A stretch of 64,000 bases of DNA from a virus. Every line of letters begins with the position of its first letter. Within the stretch, counting starts at the first letter, position 1. Made by a program: the position numbers and the translations under genes. Where the stretch lies: positions 3,103 to 67,102 of the IMG/VR virus record IMGVR_UViG_3300020419_000013, one strand, 5' to 3'. The notes under the pieces are model-generated. The model did no database searches and had not been told where the DNA came from. It worked only from the letters and a program-made list of their open reading frames with translations. Positions 56,555-64,000 of the stretch are shown here, in pieces.

Positions 56555-57468
56555 TAAAAAGAAATAGCATAGTATATGGTGATGTTAGACAAACATTGCC
56601 CGATTTATGGATGCATAAGGCACAAATGTGTGTAACTAGTCCACCCTATTATGGACTAAGGGATTATGGTGGGGAAGAGAATCAAGTAGGACAAGAAGAA
56701 ACACCAGAGGATTATATTAATAATATGGTCAAGATCTTTCGCTTAGTTAGAGATAATTTACAGGATGATGGCACATTATGGTTGAATATTGGGGATAGTT
56801 ATTATAACTATAGACCAGGAAAAGGTCAGTCATATCCTAAGCAATCAGTATCTAAAACTAAACAAGATTTGCCTGATAAATGTAATAAACGAGGTAATAA
56901 GTTAGAAGGATTAAAAGAAAAGGATTTAATCGGTATTCCGTGGATGTTGGCGTTTGCATTACGTCAGGATGGATGGTATCTAAGGCAAGATATTATTTGG
57001 CATAAACCTAACCCGATGCCCGAATCCGTAAGAGATAGATGCACTAAGGCACATGAGTATATTTTTCTATTCTCTAAGAATAAGAAATATTATTATGATA
57101 ATGAAGCAATTAAAGAGGACGCTAAGGACTGGGGGACGAGAGACCGCACAAAAGGAAAGTATCATAATAAGGGGACAGGATTACAACCGCATACTGGACT
57201 ATCAAAAAGTTATCCTAAAAAGAATAAAAGATCTGTATGGTCAGTAACCAATAAACCATATAAGGGAAGTCATTTTGCAGTATTTCCACCTGACTTAATA
57301 CAACCGTGCATACTGGCAGGGAGTAAAAAAGGGGATTTAGTGCTAGACCCATTTATGGGTAGTGGCACCACGGCGATGGTAAGTAAGCAATTAGGACGTG
57401 ATTATATTGGATGTGAGTTGCATGAAGATTATAATGAATTAATAGAGAAAAGGATAAATGGGGTGTGA
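56551..57468 (+). CDS. Beta-class N4-C/N6-A DNA methyltransferase (orphan)
   Basis: TSPPYYGLRDY, IIWHKPNPMPESV, HFAVFP, DPFMGSGTT. Confidence 0.94.
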   Translation: MIKRNSIVYGDVRQTLPDLWMHKAQMCVTSPPYYGLRDYGGEENQVGQEETPEDYINNMVKIFRLVRDNLQDDGTLWLNIGDSYYNYRPGKGQSYPKQSVSKTKQDLPDKCNKRGNKLEGLKEKDLIGIPWMLAFALRQDGWYLRQDIIWHKPNPMPESVRDRCTKAHEYIFLFSKNKKYYYDNEAIKEDAKDWGTRDRTKGKYHNKGTGLQPHTGLSKSYPKKNKRSVWSVTNKPYKGSHFAVFPPDLIQPCILAGSKKGDLVLDPFMGSGTTAMVSKQLGRDYIGCELHEDYNELIEKRINGV

Positions 57469-57522
57469 CAGTTGGATTAGTGGCACACAGGAGCACACTA
57501 CGGTGTTTCAGAGCACTATAAT
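57465..57522 (+). promoter_or_regulatory. Early promoter cassette, copy 5
   Basis: GTGACAGT-N6-AGTGGCAC-N9-CACTAC-N15-TATAAT. Confidence 0.85.
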
Positions 57523-57545
57523 ATTAATATACAAACGAGGTTAAC

Positions 57546-57932
57546 ATGGACGGATTTCAAAAAAGAGTTATCAAGGCAATCGATAAAAGAGAATCTACTT
57601 CACTCAGAAATGGATTAACTGTTTTAAATTCATATCAAACAGGCAATGCATTCACAAGTGTTGTTAAAATCGATGGTCAAGAGATCGCTACAGTATTCTA
57701 CACACATGACCAAGACGATCGTGCATTTAATACACATGGTGGTAAGTATAACCCAGATCAGTCAATCCAAGACATGATTAAAAATGATAAATGGCAGATC
57801 GATGAGATAGATTTCAATCAGAGAGCGATCGATAGAGTCCTAGGCACTAATGCAGTAAGATATAAGAATCTCTTAACTAGGCATTATGTAGCACAGGGAG
57901 TAAGAATTAATACCCAGTTTGTGACAGTTTAA
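57546..57932 (+). CDS. Early hypothetical protein
   Basis: GAGG RBS; single gene lying between two cassettes. Confidence 0.75.
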   Translation: MDGFQKRVIKAIDKRESTSLRNGLTVLNSYQTGNAFTSVVKIDGQEIATVFYTHDQDDRAFNTHGGKYNPDQSIQDMIKNDKWQIDEIDFNQRAIDRVLGTNAVRYKNLLTRHYVAQGVRINTQFVTV

Positions 57933-57978
57933 TTACTGTCACACTATCGTGCACTACCGCACTAAAAACCATTATAAT
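57921..57978 (+). promoter_or_regulatory. Early promoter cassette, copy 6
   Basis: GTGACAGT-N6-ACTGTCAC (perfect)-N9-CACTAC-N15-TATAAT. Confidence 0.87.
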
Positions 57979-57998
57979 AAGAGTAATCAAACAAACAA

Positions 57999-58241
57999 AT
58001 GAATTCAACAGCAATTTACACAGAATCAGTTAACAGAATCAAGCAAGCGATTCTATTCGATAATACTCTAGAAGGTATTAGTTGCATATGTGCAAATTGG
58101 AAGGAATTTGTAATTGAGACTTCAGAGTGGGGAATTCAGACAGTAGGAGGAGTTGATTTTGTTTCTCTTACTAACGAAGATATCACTAAATTAGATCAGT
58201 TTATGGTCTCACAAAACGGATACATCACAGAGGAATTTTAA
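57999..58241 (+). CDS. Early hypothetical protein
   Basis: First ORF after cassette 6. Confidence 0.7.
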   Translation: MNSTAIYTESVNRIKQAILFDNTLEGISCICANWKEFVIETSEWGIQTVGGVDFVSLTNEDITKLDQFMVSQNGYITEEF

Positions 58242-58242
58242 A

Positions 58243-58443
58243 ATGAATGAATTCAAATACACAATCGAAACACCTCGATTATTCAAGTCAGAAGTCTATA
58301 CTGATGACCTAGAGAAAGCGAAAGATTTATCTTTTGAATTTGGATGTGATTATGAATATTCTTGTGTTAGAGATAATGAGACAGGTGAGATTATCGATGA
58401 GACTGGTAACATTATGGGTTTAGTAGCAGAGGGGATAGTTTAG
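58243..58443 (+). CDS. Early hypothetical protein
   Basis: GAGGA RBS; VRDNETGEII. Confidence 0.65.
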   Translation: MNEFKYTIETPRLFKSEVYTDDLEKAKDLSFEFGCDYEYSCVRDNETGEIIDETGNIMGLVAEGIV

Positions 58444-58444
58444 T

Positions 58445-58502
58445 GTGCCAGTTTAATTAGTGGCACATGGTTGCACACTACCGCACAATAAACCATTATA
58501 AT
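58445..58502 (+). promoter_or_regulatory. Early promoter cassette, copy 7
   Basis: GTGCCAGT-N6-AGTGGCAC-N9-CACTAC-N15-TATAAT. Confidence 0.87.
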
Positions 58503-58529
58503 ATTAGTATAAGCAACAAACAAAGACAC

Positions 58530-58967
58530 ATGACTGTTTCAAATCCAACAATCGAAAAACTCATTCCTAATTGGGTAGACCTACATGTTGAAGCACTAGA
58601 GGACAATTACAGAAAGCACCACATCGAAATGCATTCTCGTCCAAGCATCGGATTCTCTCAGGAATATGCAAATAAGGTGTTAGAGGAAGTGAGAAATGGG
58701 ACAGCAAAATTAATGAAGTTTAGAGCAATCACTGGTAAGAAGTATTACAAAGTTGTTTCTCAAGCATGGGATGAGAATAGAAAAGAATACAGAGATCAAT
58801 CAGTTACTTGTTTCATCGATAAGAAAACTGGCGAAATCTACAAACCTGCAAGTTGGAAGTCACCCGCTAAGCATGTAAGATACGATATGAGAATCATATC
58901 TCAAAGAGAAAGAATGCACAACAGTAAGTTTACTGACTGGGCAGGCGGTTACCTATACTTGAGGTAA
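58530..58967 (+). CDS. Conserved phage early protein
   Basis: GKKYYKV, FIDKKTGEIYKPASWKSPAKHVRY, WAGGYLY. Confidence 0.8.
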   Translation: MTVSNPTIEKLIPNWVDLHVEALEDNYRKHHIEMHSRPSIGFSQEYANKVLEEVRNGTAKLMKFRAITGKKYYKVVSQAWDENRKEYRDQSVTCFIDKKTGEIYKPASWKSPAKHVRYDMRIISQRERMHNSKFTDWAGGYLYLR

Positions 58968-59009
58968 CCACAGTGTGTAAGCAATTTCCAGGAAAAGTCA
59001 ACCAAGTGT

Positions 59010-59067
59010 GTGCCAGTAATAAAACTGTCACACATGAAGACACTACATCATTATTATCCACTATAAT
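59010..59067 (+). promoter_or_regulatory. Early promoter cassette, copy 8
   Basis: GTGCCAGT-N6-ACTGTCAC-N9-CACTAC-N15-TATAAT. Confidence 0.87.
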
Positions 59068-59094
59068 AAGAGTATACAAAGCAAGGAGACAAAA

Positions 59095-59292
59095 ATGACT
59101 CTACCAAACACTAACAACGAGATCTTTGAAGATCTAATGACACAGTTTCAAGAAAGAGGTTTTTCAAACAGAGATTTTGATTTAGAAGGCATTGCAAACT
59201 TCAGAGCAAATCAGATCTGTAACCGCATGTATCTCGCAGACAGAGGTCACGGAGCATTTAAAGCAGAATACGGTGGGAGGGCATGGGCATGA
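59095..59292 (+). CDS. Early hypothetical protein
   Basis: AAGGAG RBS. Confidence 0.7.
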   Translation: MTLPNTNNEIFEDLMTQFQERGFSNRDFDLEGIANFRANQICNRMYLADRGHGAFKAEYGGRAWA

Positions 59293-59471
59293 GTCACGCA
59301 ACTAACGATACCATACTTGAAAACCTATATGACGAAGTATGGGAGGAGTATAGGGTTAAAAACAACTTAACCCTAGACCAAATGTATCATCTAGAGCAAG
59401 ATGAAAATTCTGGTATTATGTCAATGCTAGGAGACCAAGCAACCACATTATTCGAGGAGTTAGCACAATGA
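59289..59471 (+). CDS. Early hypothetical protein
   Basis: GGAGG RBS; ILENLYDEV. Confidence 0.7.
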   Translation: MSHATNDTILENLYDEVWEEYRVKNNLTLDQMYHLEQDENSGIMSMLGDQATTLFEELAQ

Positions 59472-59653
59472 CCAGAAAAGAGTATGAATTAGTCTATTCC
59501 GCACTACGGAATTACCGCACTTATATGTTACCAGAGGAGGAAGTGCTTGCGGAGAAAATTCTAGATGATATTTTCTATCCATCTTTTGATGCACTCAAGG
59601 GAGTAGAAGAAGAGGAAGCAGAAAACGAAATTAAGAGTTTAAACTTCTCATGA
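59468..59653 (+). CDS. Early hypothetical protein
   Basis: GAGGAG RBS, coupled. Confidence 0.65.
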   Translation: MTRKEYELVYSALRNYRTYMLPEEEVLAEKILDDIFYPSFDALKGVEEEEAENEIKSLNFS

Positions 59654-59880
59654 ATAACGGATATATAGCGAGCGAAGCATTCGGTCGAGTCTTTTGGATA
59701 GATGAGAAGAATGACTTCAGAAGTGCACCTCTATTGGTCAAGGGAGGTGCAGATCTCACTCAATGCGATTATGTCGAGGAGTGGACAGACCTAGAAGGAT
59801 TAAAACTAGGTGAATTACTTGACATTCAAAAACAATTACTCAATTCAAACATTCGCATTAATCACACTTTAAAACTATGA
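59650..59880 (+). CDS. Early hypothetical protein
   Basis: Coupled ORF. Confidence 0.65.
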   Translation: MNNGYIASEAFGRVFWIDEKNDFRSAPLLVKGGADLTQCDYVEEWTDLEGLKLGELLDIQKQLLNSNIRINHTLKL

Positions 59881-60023
59881 ATCAATTCGATATCACATTT
59901 GATGAGCAATATCAGATGATTAAATTGTATGACCTATTGAGAGATATGGACATTGAATTACATGATTTACAAAGATCAGTATTTGACAAAATCATGGAAG
60001 CAAAGTATAGTGGAGTATCATGA
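59877..60023 (+). CDS. Early hypothetical protein, 48 aa
   Basis: ATGA-coupled; MNQFDITFDEQYQMIKLYDLLRDM... Confidence 0.55.
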   Translation: MNQFDITFDEQYQMIKLYDLLRDMDIELHDLQRSVFDKIMEAKYSGVS

Positions 60024-60040
60024 AACACGCAACTCTTCTT

Positions 60041-60098
60041 GTGACAGTTGTATTAGTGGCACATACGCTCACACTACCACACTTTTAACCACTATAAT
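60041..60098 (+). promoter_or_regulatory. Early promoter cassette, copy 9
   Basis: GTGACAGT-N6-AGTGGCAC-N9-CACTAC-N15-TATAAT. Confidence 0.87.
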
Positions 60099-60125
60099 AT
60101 TAGTATAAGCAACACGGAGCACCAC

Positions 60126-60446
60126 ATGAGAAAAATTGAAAGACAAATGAATCAAGCAGTTAGAAACAGATCTAACTTCTCATCATCCAATACAACAGTT
60201 GTTGCAGGTTGGGATGGCGAAGCAGACGTTTATTTACATGGTAATCACATTGCTACGGTCAAGTCTAACTCAATTATCATCAAAGATGGCGGTTGGCAGT
60301 CAAATACCACTAAAAGCAGACTAAACGCTCTACTTGATGAATTCTCATATGGTATGAGAGTATTTCAGAAAAACTACGAGTGGTTCGTAGGTTACAAGAA
60401 TGTTAAAGAGGATTTCGTGAGCGGTATGGAGTTAGCAATCGACTAA
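60126..60446 (+). CDS. Conserved phage early protein
   Basis: MRKIERQM, VYLHGNHIA, DGGWQSNTTKSRLNA. Confidence 0.8.
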   Translation: MRKIERQMNQAVRNRSNFSSSNTTVVAGWDGEADVYLHGNHIATVKSNSIIIKDGGWQSNTTKSRLNALLDEFSYGMRVFQKNYEWFVGYKNVKEDFVSGMELAID

Positions 60447-60534
60447 CCGCTCTCGGGGCATCTCGAAATTTTTAACATTGCAGTGCATCTAGTTTTAAAT
60501 TCTTTATAAGTCCCCAAACAACTAAATAACACAC

Positions 60535-60560
60535 TAGGGGCACCACACCCCTATTTTTTC
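60535..60560 (+). terminator. Putative intrinsic terminator
   Basis: TAGGGG-CACCACA-CCCCTA followed by TTTTTT. Confidence 0.55.
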
Positions 60561-60570
60561 ATTTTATAAG

Positions 60571-61203
60571 ATGACTTCATCACCATTAAGCGATTCACTA
60601 CCGAAGCAACCAGTCAACGAGGTTTACGCACTTTTCGCTTTACCAGTCGGTCGGTATAGTATGCCAAACTTTCCCACTGTTAAAAAAGAAATATTCAAGT
60701 GGATAGAAACCCAAGAAATCAGACAGGAGCATGAGCGATTAGCAATAACTCATAATGTTTCACAGATTGGAGCAAGAAATAGAATACTGGAAGATTCTCG
60801 CAGTGTCGCCGATTTTTTACTGGATGCATGTAAACAGTATAACACGGAAGCATACAACTATGATCTAAATTTTAGTATATCTGACTGTTATTTGGAATTA
60901 GCAACTAAAGGTGCCCTATATGCACCACATGAGCATTCTAATTGTATCTACTCAGCAACATTACTCATTAACTATCAGGATGGGCATTCGCCGTTAAAGT
61001 TTAGAAGGAATGTAGCAGGGTCTTATTATCCTGTTATGCAATTCCCAAACAAAGACTATACAGCATTTAATATGACTGAAGCAACCGTGCCTATGGAGGA
61101 GGGAGATCTAATCATCTATCCGTCAAGCATGACACACGGATACGAGGGTAACCCATACGATGACCGTGTAACAATGACAGTTAACTTTATACCAGACAAA
61201 TAA
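60571..61203 (+). CDS. 2OG-Fe(II) oxygenase-like protein (TIGR02466 type)
   Basis: LFALPV, PHEHSN, EGDLIIYPSSMTHG, RVTMTVN. Confidence 0.85.
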   Translation: MTSSPLSDSLPKQPVNEVYALFALPVGRYSMPNFPTVKKEIFKWIETQEIRQEHERLAITHNVSQIGARNRILEDSRSVADFLLDACKQYNTEAYNYDLNFSISDCYLELATKGALYAPHEHSNCIYSATLLINYQDGHSPLKFRRNVAGSYYPVMQFPNKDYTAFNMTEATVPMEEGDLIIYPSSMTHGYEGNPYDDRVTMTVNFIPDK

Positions 61204-61311
61204 ATGTAAGATAGTTTTCCACAGGTTTTTGCCCACTCTCGCCCATACTGGGGAATCATTTTAAATGGGTAAATAAATATACCTACGAGTGATATATTGC
61301 AGTTGTCTAAG

Positions 61312-61340
61312 AGCGTAACACACGAAGTTTTTTTTGTCAA
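61312..61340 (-). promoter_or_regulatory. Counter-oriented sigma70 promoter in a non-coding region
   Basis: Minus strand TTGACA-N17-TACGCT with TG extension. Confidence 0.55.
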
Positions 61341-61377
61341 CAATTATCCGAGGACACACACAGACCTCTCAGGGGGG

Positions 61378-61406
61378 TTGACTTTTGCCCTCTAATGCCT
61401 TATTAT
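61378..61406 (+). promoter_or_regulatory. Sigma70 promoter
   Basis: TTGACT-N17-TATTAT. Confidence 0.65.
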
Positions 61407-61436
61407 GACTAGGTAGTAAGGTATTCGCCCCTATTC

Positions 61437-61598
61437 ATGGGTAGGACATACAAACAGAATGATCCACACCGAAACAACGCAAACAAGTCACTAAGGGAGA
61501 AAAGACACCATCACAGAGGGAAGGACAGTGTTAAGAAGTTTTCCACAGGTAAACACACACGTCCGCATAAACACACTAATCACACAGAGGGCACTTGA
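61437..61598 (+). CDS. 53-aa basic His-rich protein
   Basis: MGRTYKQNDPHRNNANKSLREKRHHHRG...; stop overlaps the next start. Confidence 0.55.
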   Translation: MGRTYKQNDPHRNNANKSLREKRHHHRGKDSVKKFSTGKHTRPHKHTNHTEGT

Positions 61599-61786
61599 GC
61601 ACACTTCCAAAACAGTTAGAGGTCTATCTAGATCTATATGATAGTGGCAACCTACCACCCGATGAAATCGGAGAAATGTGTCAGTTTCTCCTGGACACTG
61701 GACTGAATGAAGACCTAACCCAGTATACTCAGTTATGTGAGTATATGGTATTAGAGGGAGTATGCTATGAGGTCAGCATGCAGTAA
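61595..61786 (+). CDS. Hypothetical protein
   Basis: QFLLDTGL...EGVCYEV. Confidence 0.65.
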   Translation: MSTLPKQLEVYLDLYDSGNLPPDEIGEMCQFLLDTGLNEDLTQYTQLCEYMVLEGVCYEVSMQ

Positions 61787-61941
61787 TACAGTTATACTAG
61801 TCTGTATGGACAGTTAAATTGGGTGATATTGTTGTATATTAAAATCGGGTAAGTCCCTAACCTACAAAAGTATCCCAAAGCGAGAGTTTTATTCTATTCA
61901 TATTTAAAAAATTTCTCAATTATTTTTTCACCCCACAACCC

Positions 61942-62112
61942 ATGAGTAAAGTATTTCAGTTACCTACAGTGCCCCCAGTAGACATTAAGATATGGGAGAA
62001 GTCTAGGAAATACTTCTGGCAATTTGATTATCCTGACTGTAGGAAGTATGGTCCTTTTAGATCTCAGGCAGCAGCACTAGATGATGCAAACAAACACAGT
62101 AGACAACACTAA
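61942..62112 (+). CDS. 56-aa hypothetical protein
   Basis: MSKVFQLP...YGPFRSQAAALDDA. Confidence 0.6.
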   Translation: MSKVFQLPTVPPVDIKIWEKSRKYFWQFDYPDCRKYGPFRSQAAALDDANKHSRQH

Positions 62113-62217
62113 ATGAAAACAGAAACACTATTACGAGTATACTTACAGGTAAGGCAGAAGGCATTACCAAAGATTAAACCAGTTAGGAAACACTACAACA
62201 TTCACACATATGGGTAG
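62113..62217 (+). CDS. 34-aa basic protein
   Basis: MKTETLLRVYLQVRQK...RKHYNIHTYG. Confidence 0.55.
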   Translation: MKTETLLRVYLQVRQKALPKIKPVRKHYNIHTYG

Positions 62218-62689
62218 GAGAAGCAAACTCCAAGAGATAGAGAAGGAATACTCACACTTACTCGGTGAGGAGTGGAGAAGTATTCATTCGTGGAGTTGCT
62301 ACCATTGTGTAAGAAAATACTATCGGTTATATTGTAATAGAGAGTTGAGAGACTTTACCAAGTTAGATCAGATATATGCTTTTACTGACAATGCTATTGA
62401 TACTGAAGAAGGGGAATATGTAATGAAGTCTGAGATGTGGGAGAAGGCATCTCTTGACAGTCTGGATAAAGATGATATAATACTCTTTAGACTGTGGTAT
62501 ACGCCTCTAGAAGGGGGTTATACTAAGAGACATGGGCAAGCACCTAACCATGGAGGTGTTTATCTGGGTGATGGGTTTATGCTACATCATCCTTATCGGG
62601 GGCAGAGTCAAATCACTGACCTTCTTGCACCTGGTAATAGCTTCTATATGGAGACATGCGTAGGTGCAATTCGTGGTAAGTCTACATAA
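62210..62689 (+). CDS. NlpC/P60-family cysteine peptidase
   Basis: SCYHCVRKYY (Cys) and NHGGVYLGDGFMLHH (His) motifs. Confidence 0.8.
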   Translation: MGRRSKLQEIEKEYSHLLGEEWRSIHSWSCYHCVRKYYRLYCNRELRDFTKLDQIYAFTDNAIDTEEGEYVMKSEMWEKASLDSLDKDDIILFRLWYTPLEGGYTKRHGQAPNHGGVYLGDGFMLHHPYRGQSQITDLLAPGNSFYMETCVGAIRGKST

Positions 62690-62711
62690 GGTGTAACACT
62701 GATAACAATTA

Positions 62712-62876
62712 ATGAGTAAAAGATTTACTCTCACTATAGAAGAAGACGAATATTGCGATCTTTTCATTACTCTACCACTTGAGTTATTGGAGGAAATGGG
62801 ATGGAAAGCAGGCACCACTCTTGAATATACTGAGGAGACTGATGGGTCTCTTAAACTAGTAGCCATTGACGACTAA
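62712..62876 (+). CDS. AbrB/MazE-like small protein (54 aa, not in the ORF track)
   Basis: LFITLPLELLEEMGWKAGTTLEY. Confidence 0.7.
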   Translation: MSKRFTLTIEEDEYCDLFITLPLELLEEMGWKAGTTLEYTEETDGSLKLVAIDD

Positions 62877-62893
62877 AAAAATCGCGACTGATC

Positions 62894-63196
62894 ATGCCAA
62901 TTAAATCAACTAGTCCTATAAGTTATGGGGATCCTGCCCAACCGACAACTCCTTTACCTACTCAGGGTATGGATGATATTGAAAAAATCGCTTTCTGCCT
63001 AGAAAAGGTGGGTCAAGGATTAGAGAATCTTGCCAAACGGACTGCTATATGTGAGGACGCTATAAGGAAACAACCCCCGCCTGGTGCTGATATGATTCAA
63101 TATAAACCAGAAGGGTATGAGAAGCATTTGAATATCAAAGAGATTCTAGACGATCTGTATTCTCGACTAAATAAATTGGAAGATCGTTTGAGCTAA
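62894..63196 (+). CDS. Conserved cyanophage hypothetical protein
   Basis: YKPEG...EILDDLYSRLNKLE. Confidence 0.7.
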   Translation: MPIKSTSPISYGDPAQPTTPLPTQGMDDIEKIAFCLEKVGQGLENLAKRTAICEDAIRKQPPPGADMIQYKPEGYEKHLNIKEILDDLYSRLNKLEDRLS

Positions 63197-63197
63197 A

Positions 63198-64000
63198 TTG
63201 CCTTGCTATATCCTATCAAGTAAACGATCGTTTCCTAACCCTGTAGAGGGAGAGGATTACATAAAACCTTTCTACGATGAGGAAAACTCAGAGAGTTATA
63301 CTATAGAGTATCTCGATGAGGGACCTGGGACTATGCCTTTAGGTAAGGACATAGTGCATTACATTGGTGAGGAGCAGAAAACATGTATTGCCAACTGTGA
63401 TGATGGTAGACAACCTGTTTATCGCTTCTATAGAGGTAGTAAAGACGATCACAAATACGCAAAAACCCCAGAGTTGACAAAAGAGCATGCTATTGGGGAC
63501 GATGAGCACTGGCAAAAAGTATTAAGAGGATATAATCCAGAGCCTAGACAGGGGCAGATACCTGTTTTCTACCTGATGAATACTCAGGTTACTAATTCGG
63601 TGCCTGTTTATATTCATTATAGAGGGCAGAGAGACGATGATACACAGTTAACCCTCTCACAGACACCACCAGCTAGCAATAATGGTAAACCATACTACCT
63701 TGTAGGGATACTAGGATATATTTTTACGAGTGAAAGTGATGCAAATGCCTATGCAGGGACAGGAGAGACCGCTGTGCCACTGTATGAATACTTCTATGAC
63801 CCAGAAGATCACTTCTATACTATCAATCCTGCACAAGAAGTTAACCTAAGTGGTGGTCCTATTGCTCCTGCAGACCCAAGAGCAGGTCAATATGTCTATC
63901 AGGGCATCTTTGGATATGTTTTTCAAACAGAAAACCCAGATGCATCAGATAATAAGTATGAAGATATCGGTAAGATAGGTCCTACTGGTCAGTGTGTAGA
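63198..64000 (+). CDS. Large virion protein with HFYT (DUF5648-like) repeats, 3' truncated
   Basis: TTG start, frame open to the window end; PVYRFY, PLYEYF..DHFYT, YQGIFGYVF. Confidence 0.65.
   Translation, partial: MPCYILSSKRSFPNPVEGEDYIKPFYDEENSESYTIEYLDEGPGTMPLGKDIVHYIGEEQKTCIANCDDGRQPVYRFYRGSKDDHKYAKTPELTKEHAIGDDEHWQKVLRGYNPEPRQGQIPVFYLMNTQVTNSVPVYIHYRGQRDDDTQLTLSQTPPASNNGKPYYLVGILGYIFTSESDANAYAGTGETAVPLYEYFYDPEDHFYTINPAQEVNLSGGPIAPADPRAGQYVYQGIFGYVFQTENPDASDNKYEDIGKIGPTGQCV

Noticed and set aside
57920-57943. TGTGA...TCACA read as a CRP or NtcA site
   Set aside because: The spacing is N14 rather than N6, and there is no GTA-N8-TAC
58973-59001. Possible minus-strand promoter (TTGACT)
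   Set aside because: The candidate -10 (TACACA or ACACAC) lacks the conserved final T
50151-60098. Repeated palindromes read as a CRISPR array
   Set aside because: The repeats are degenerate, hundreds to thousands of bp apart, each followed by a -10 box and genes; there are no spacers or cas genes
63198-64000. First and last partial ORFs read as two halves of one gene (circular 64-kb genome)
   Set aside because: The window lacks capsid, terminase and polymerase genes, so it is only part of a larger genome; more likely these are separate related virion proteins
1-64000. tRNA, rRNA, introns, inteins or homing endonucleases
   Set aside because: No cloverleaf or T-loop signature seen; thyX, phoH and gp32 are uninterrupted; no HNH or GIY-YIG motifs recognised

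Overview
A 64-kb segment of a T4-like marine cyanomyovirus (Kyanoviridae-type). The low GC and the cp12, cpeT, thyX and phoH genes suggest a Prochlorococcus host. Almost all genes are on the + strand. From left to right: the end of a DUF4114-like virion protein; a short flavin-dependent halogenase; an outer-membrane-barrel gene with a structured leader; the core block grx-thyX-phoH-exonuclease-gp33-gp32; the baseplate/tail module (gp53, gp48, gp4, gp2, tube-like protein, gp26, gp51, two tape-measure-like proteins, gp27-like hub, gp5) with cp12 and cpeT inserted; tail-fibre genes ending in three paralogous Gly/His-rich proteins; then a cluster of 2 halogenases, 4 2OG-Fe(II) oxygenases and a JmjC hydroxylase. 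After that come an early region driven by nine copies of one promoter cassette (with a helicase, a candidate nuclease-methyltransferase pair and a second methyltransferase) and a non-coding, origin-like region. The strongest leads are: (1) the halogenase/oxygenase cluster beside the Gly/His-rich fibre proteins, a candidate virion-protein tailoring system; (2) a -1 slippery site that would fuse gp26 to gp51 just upstream of the tape-measure genes, as in lambda G/GT; (3) early promoters with a palindrome and a CACTAC box in place of a -35 element; (4) strong avoidance of GAAC/GTTC, the Dnd phosphorothioation motif. All calls come from reading the sequence and recognising motifs by eye; no searches were run.
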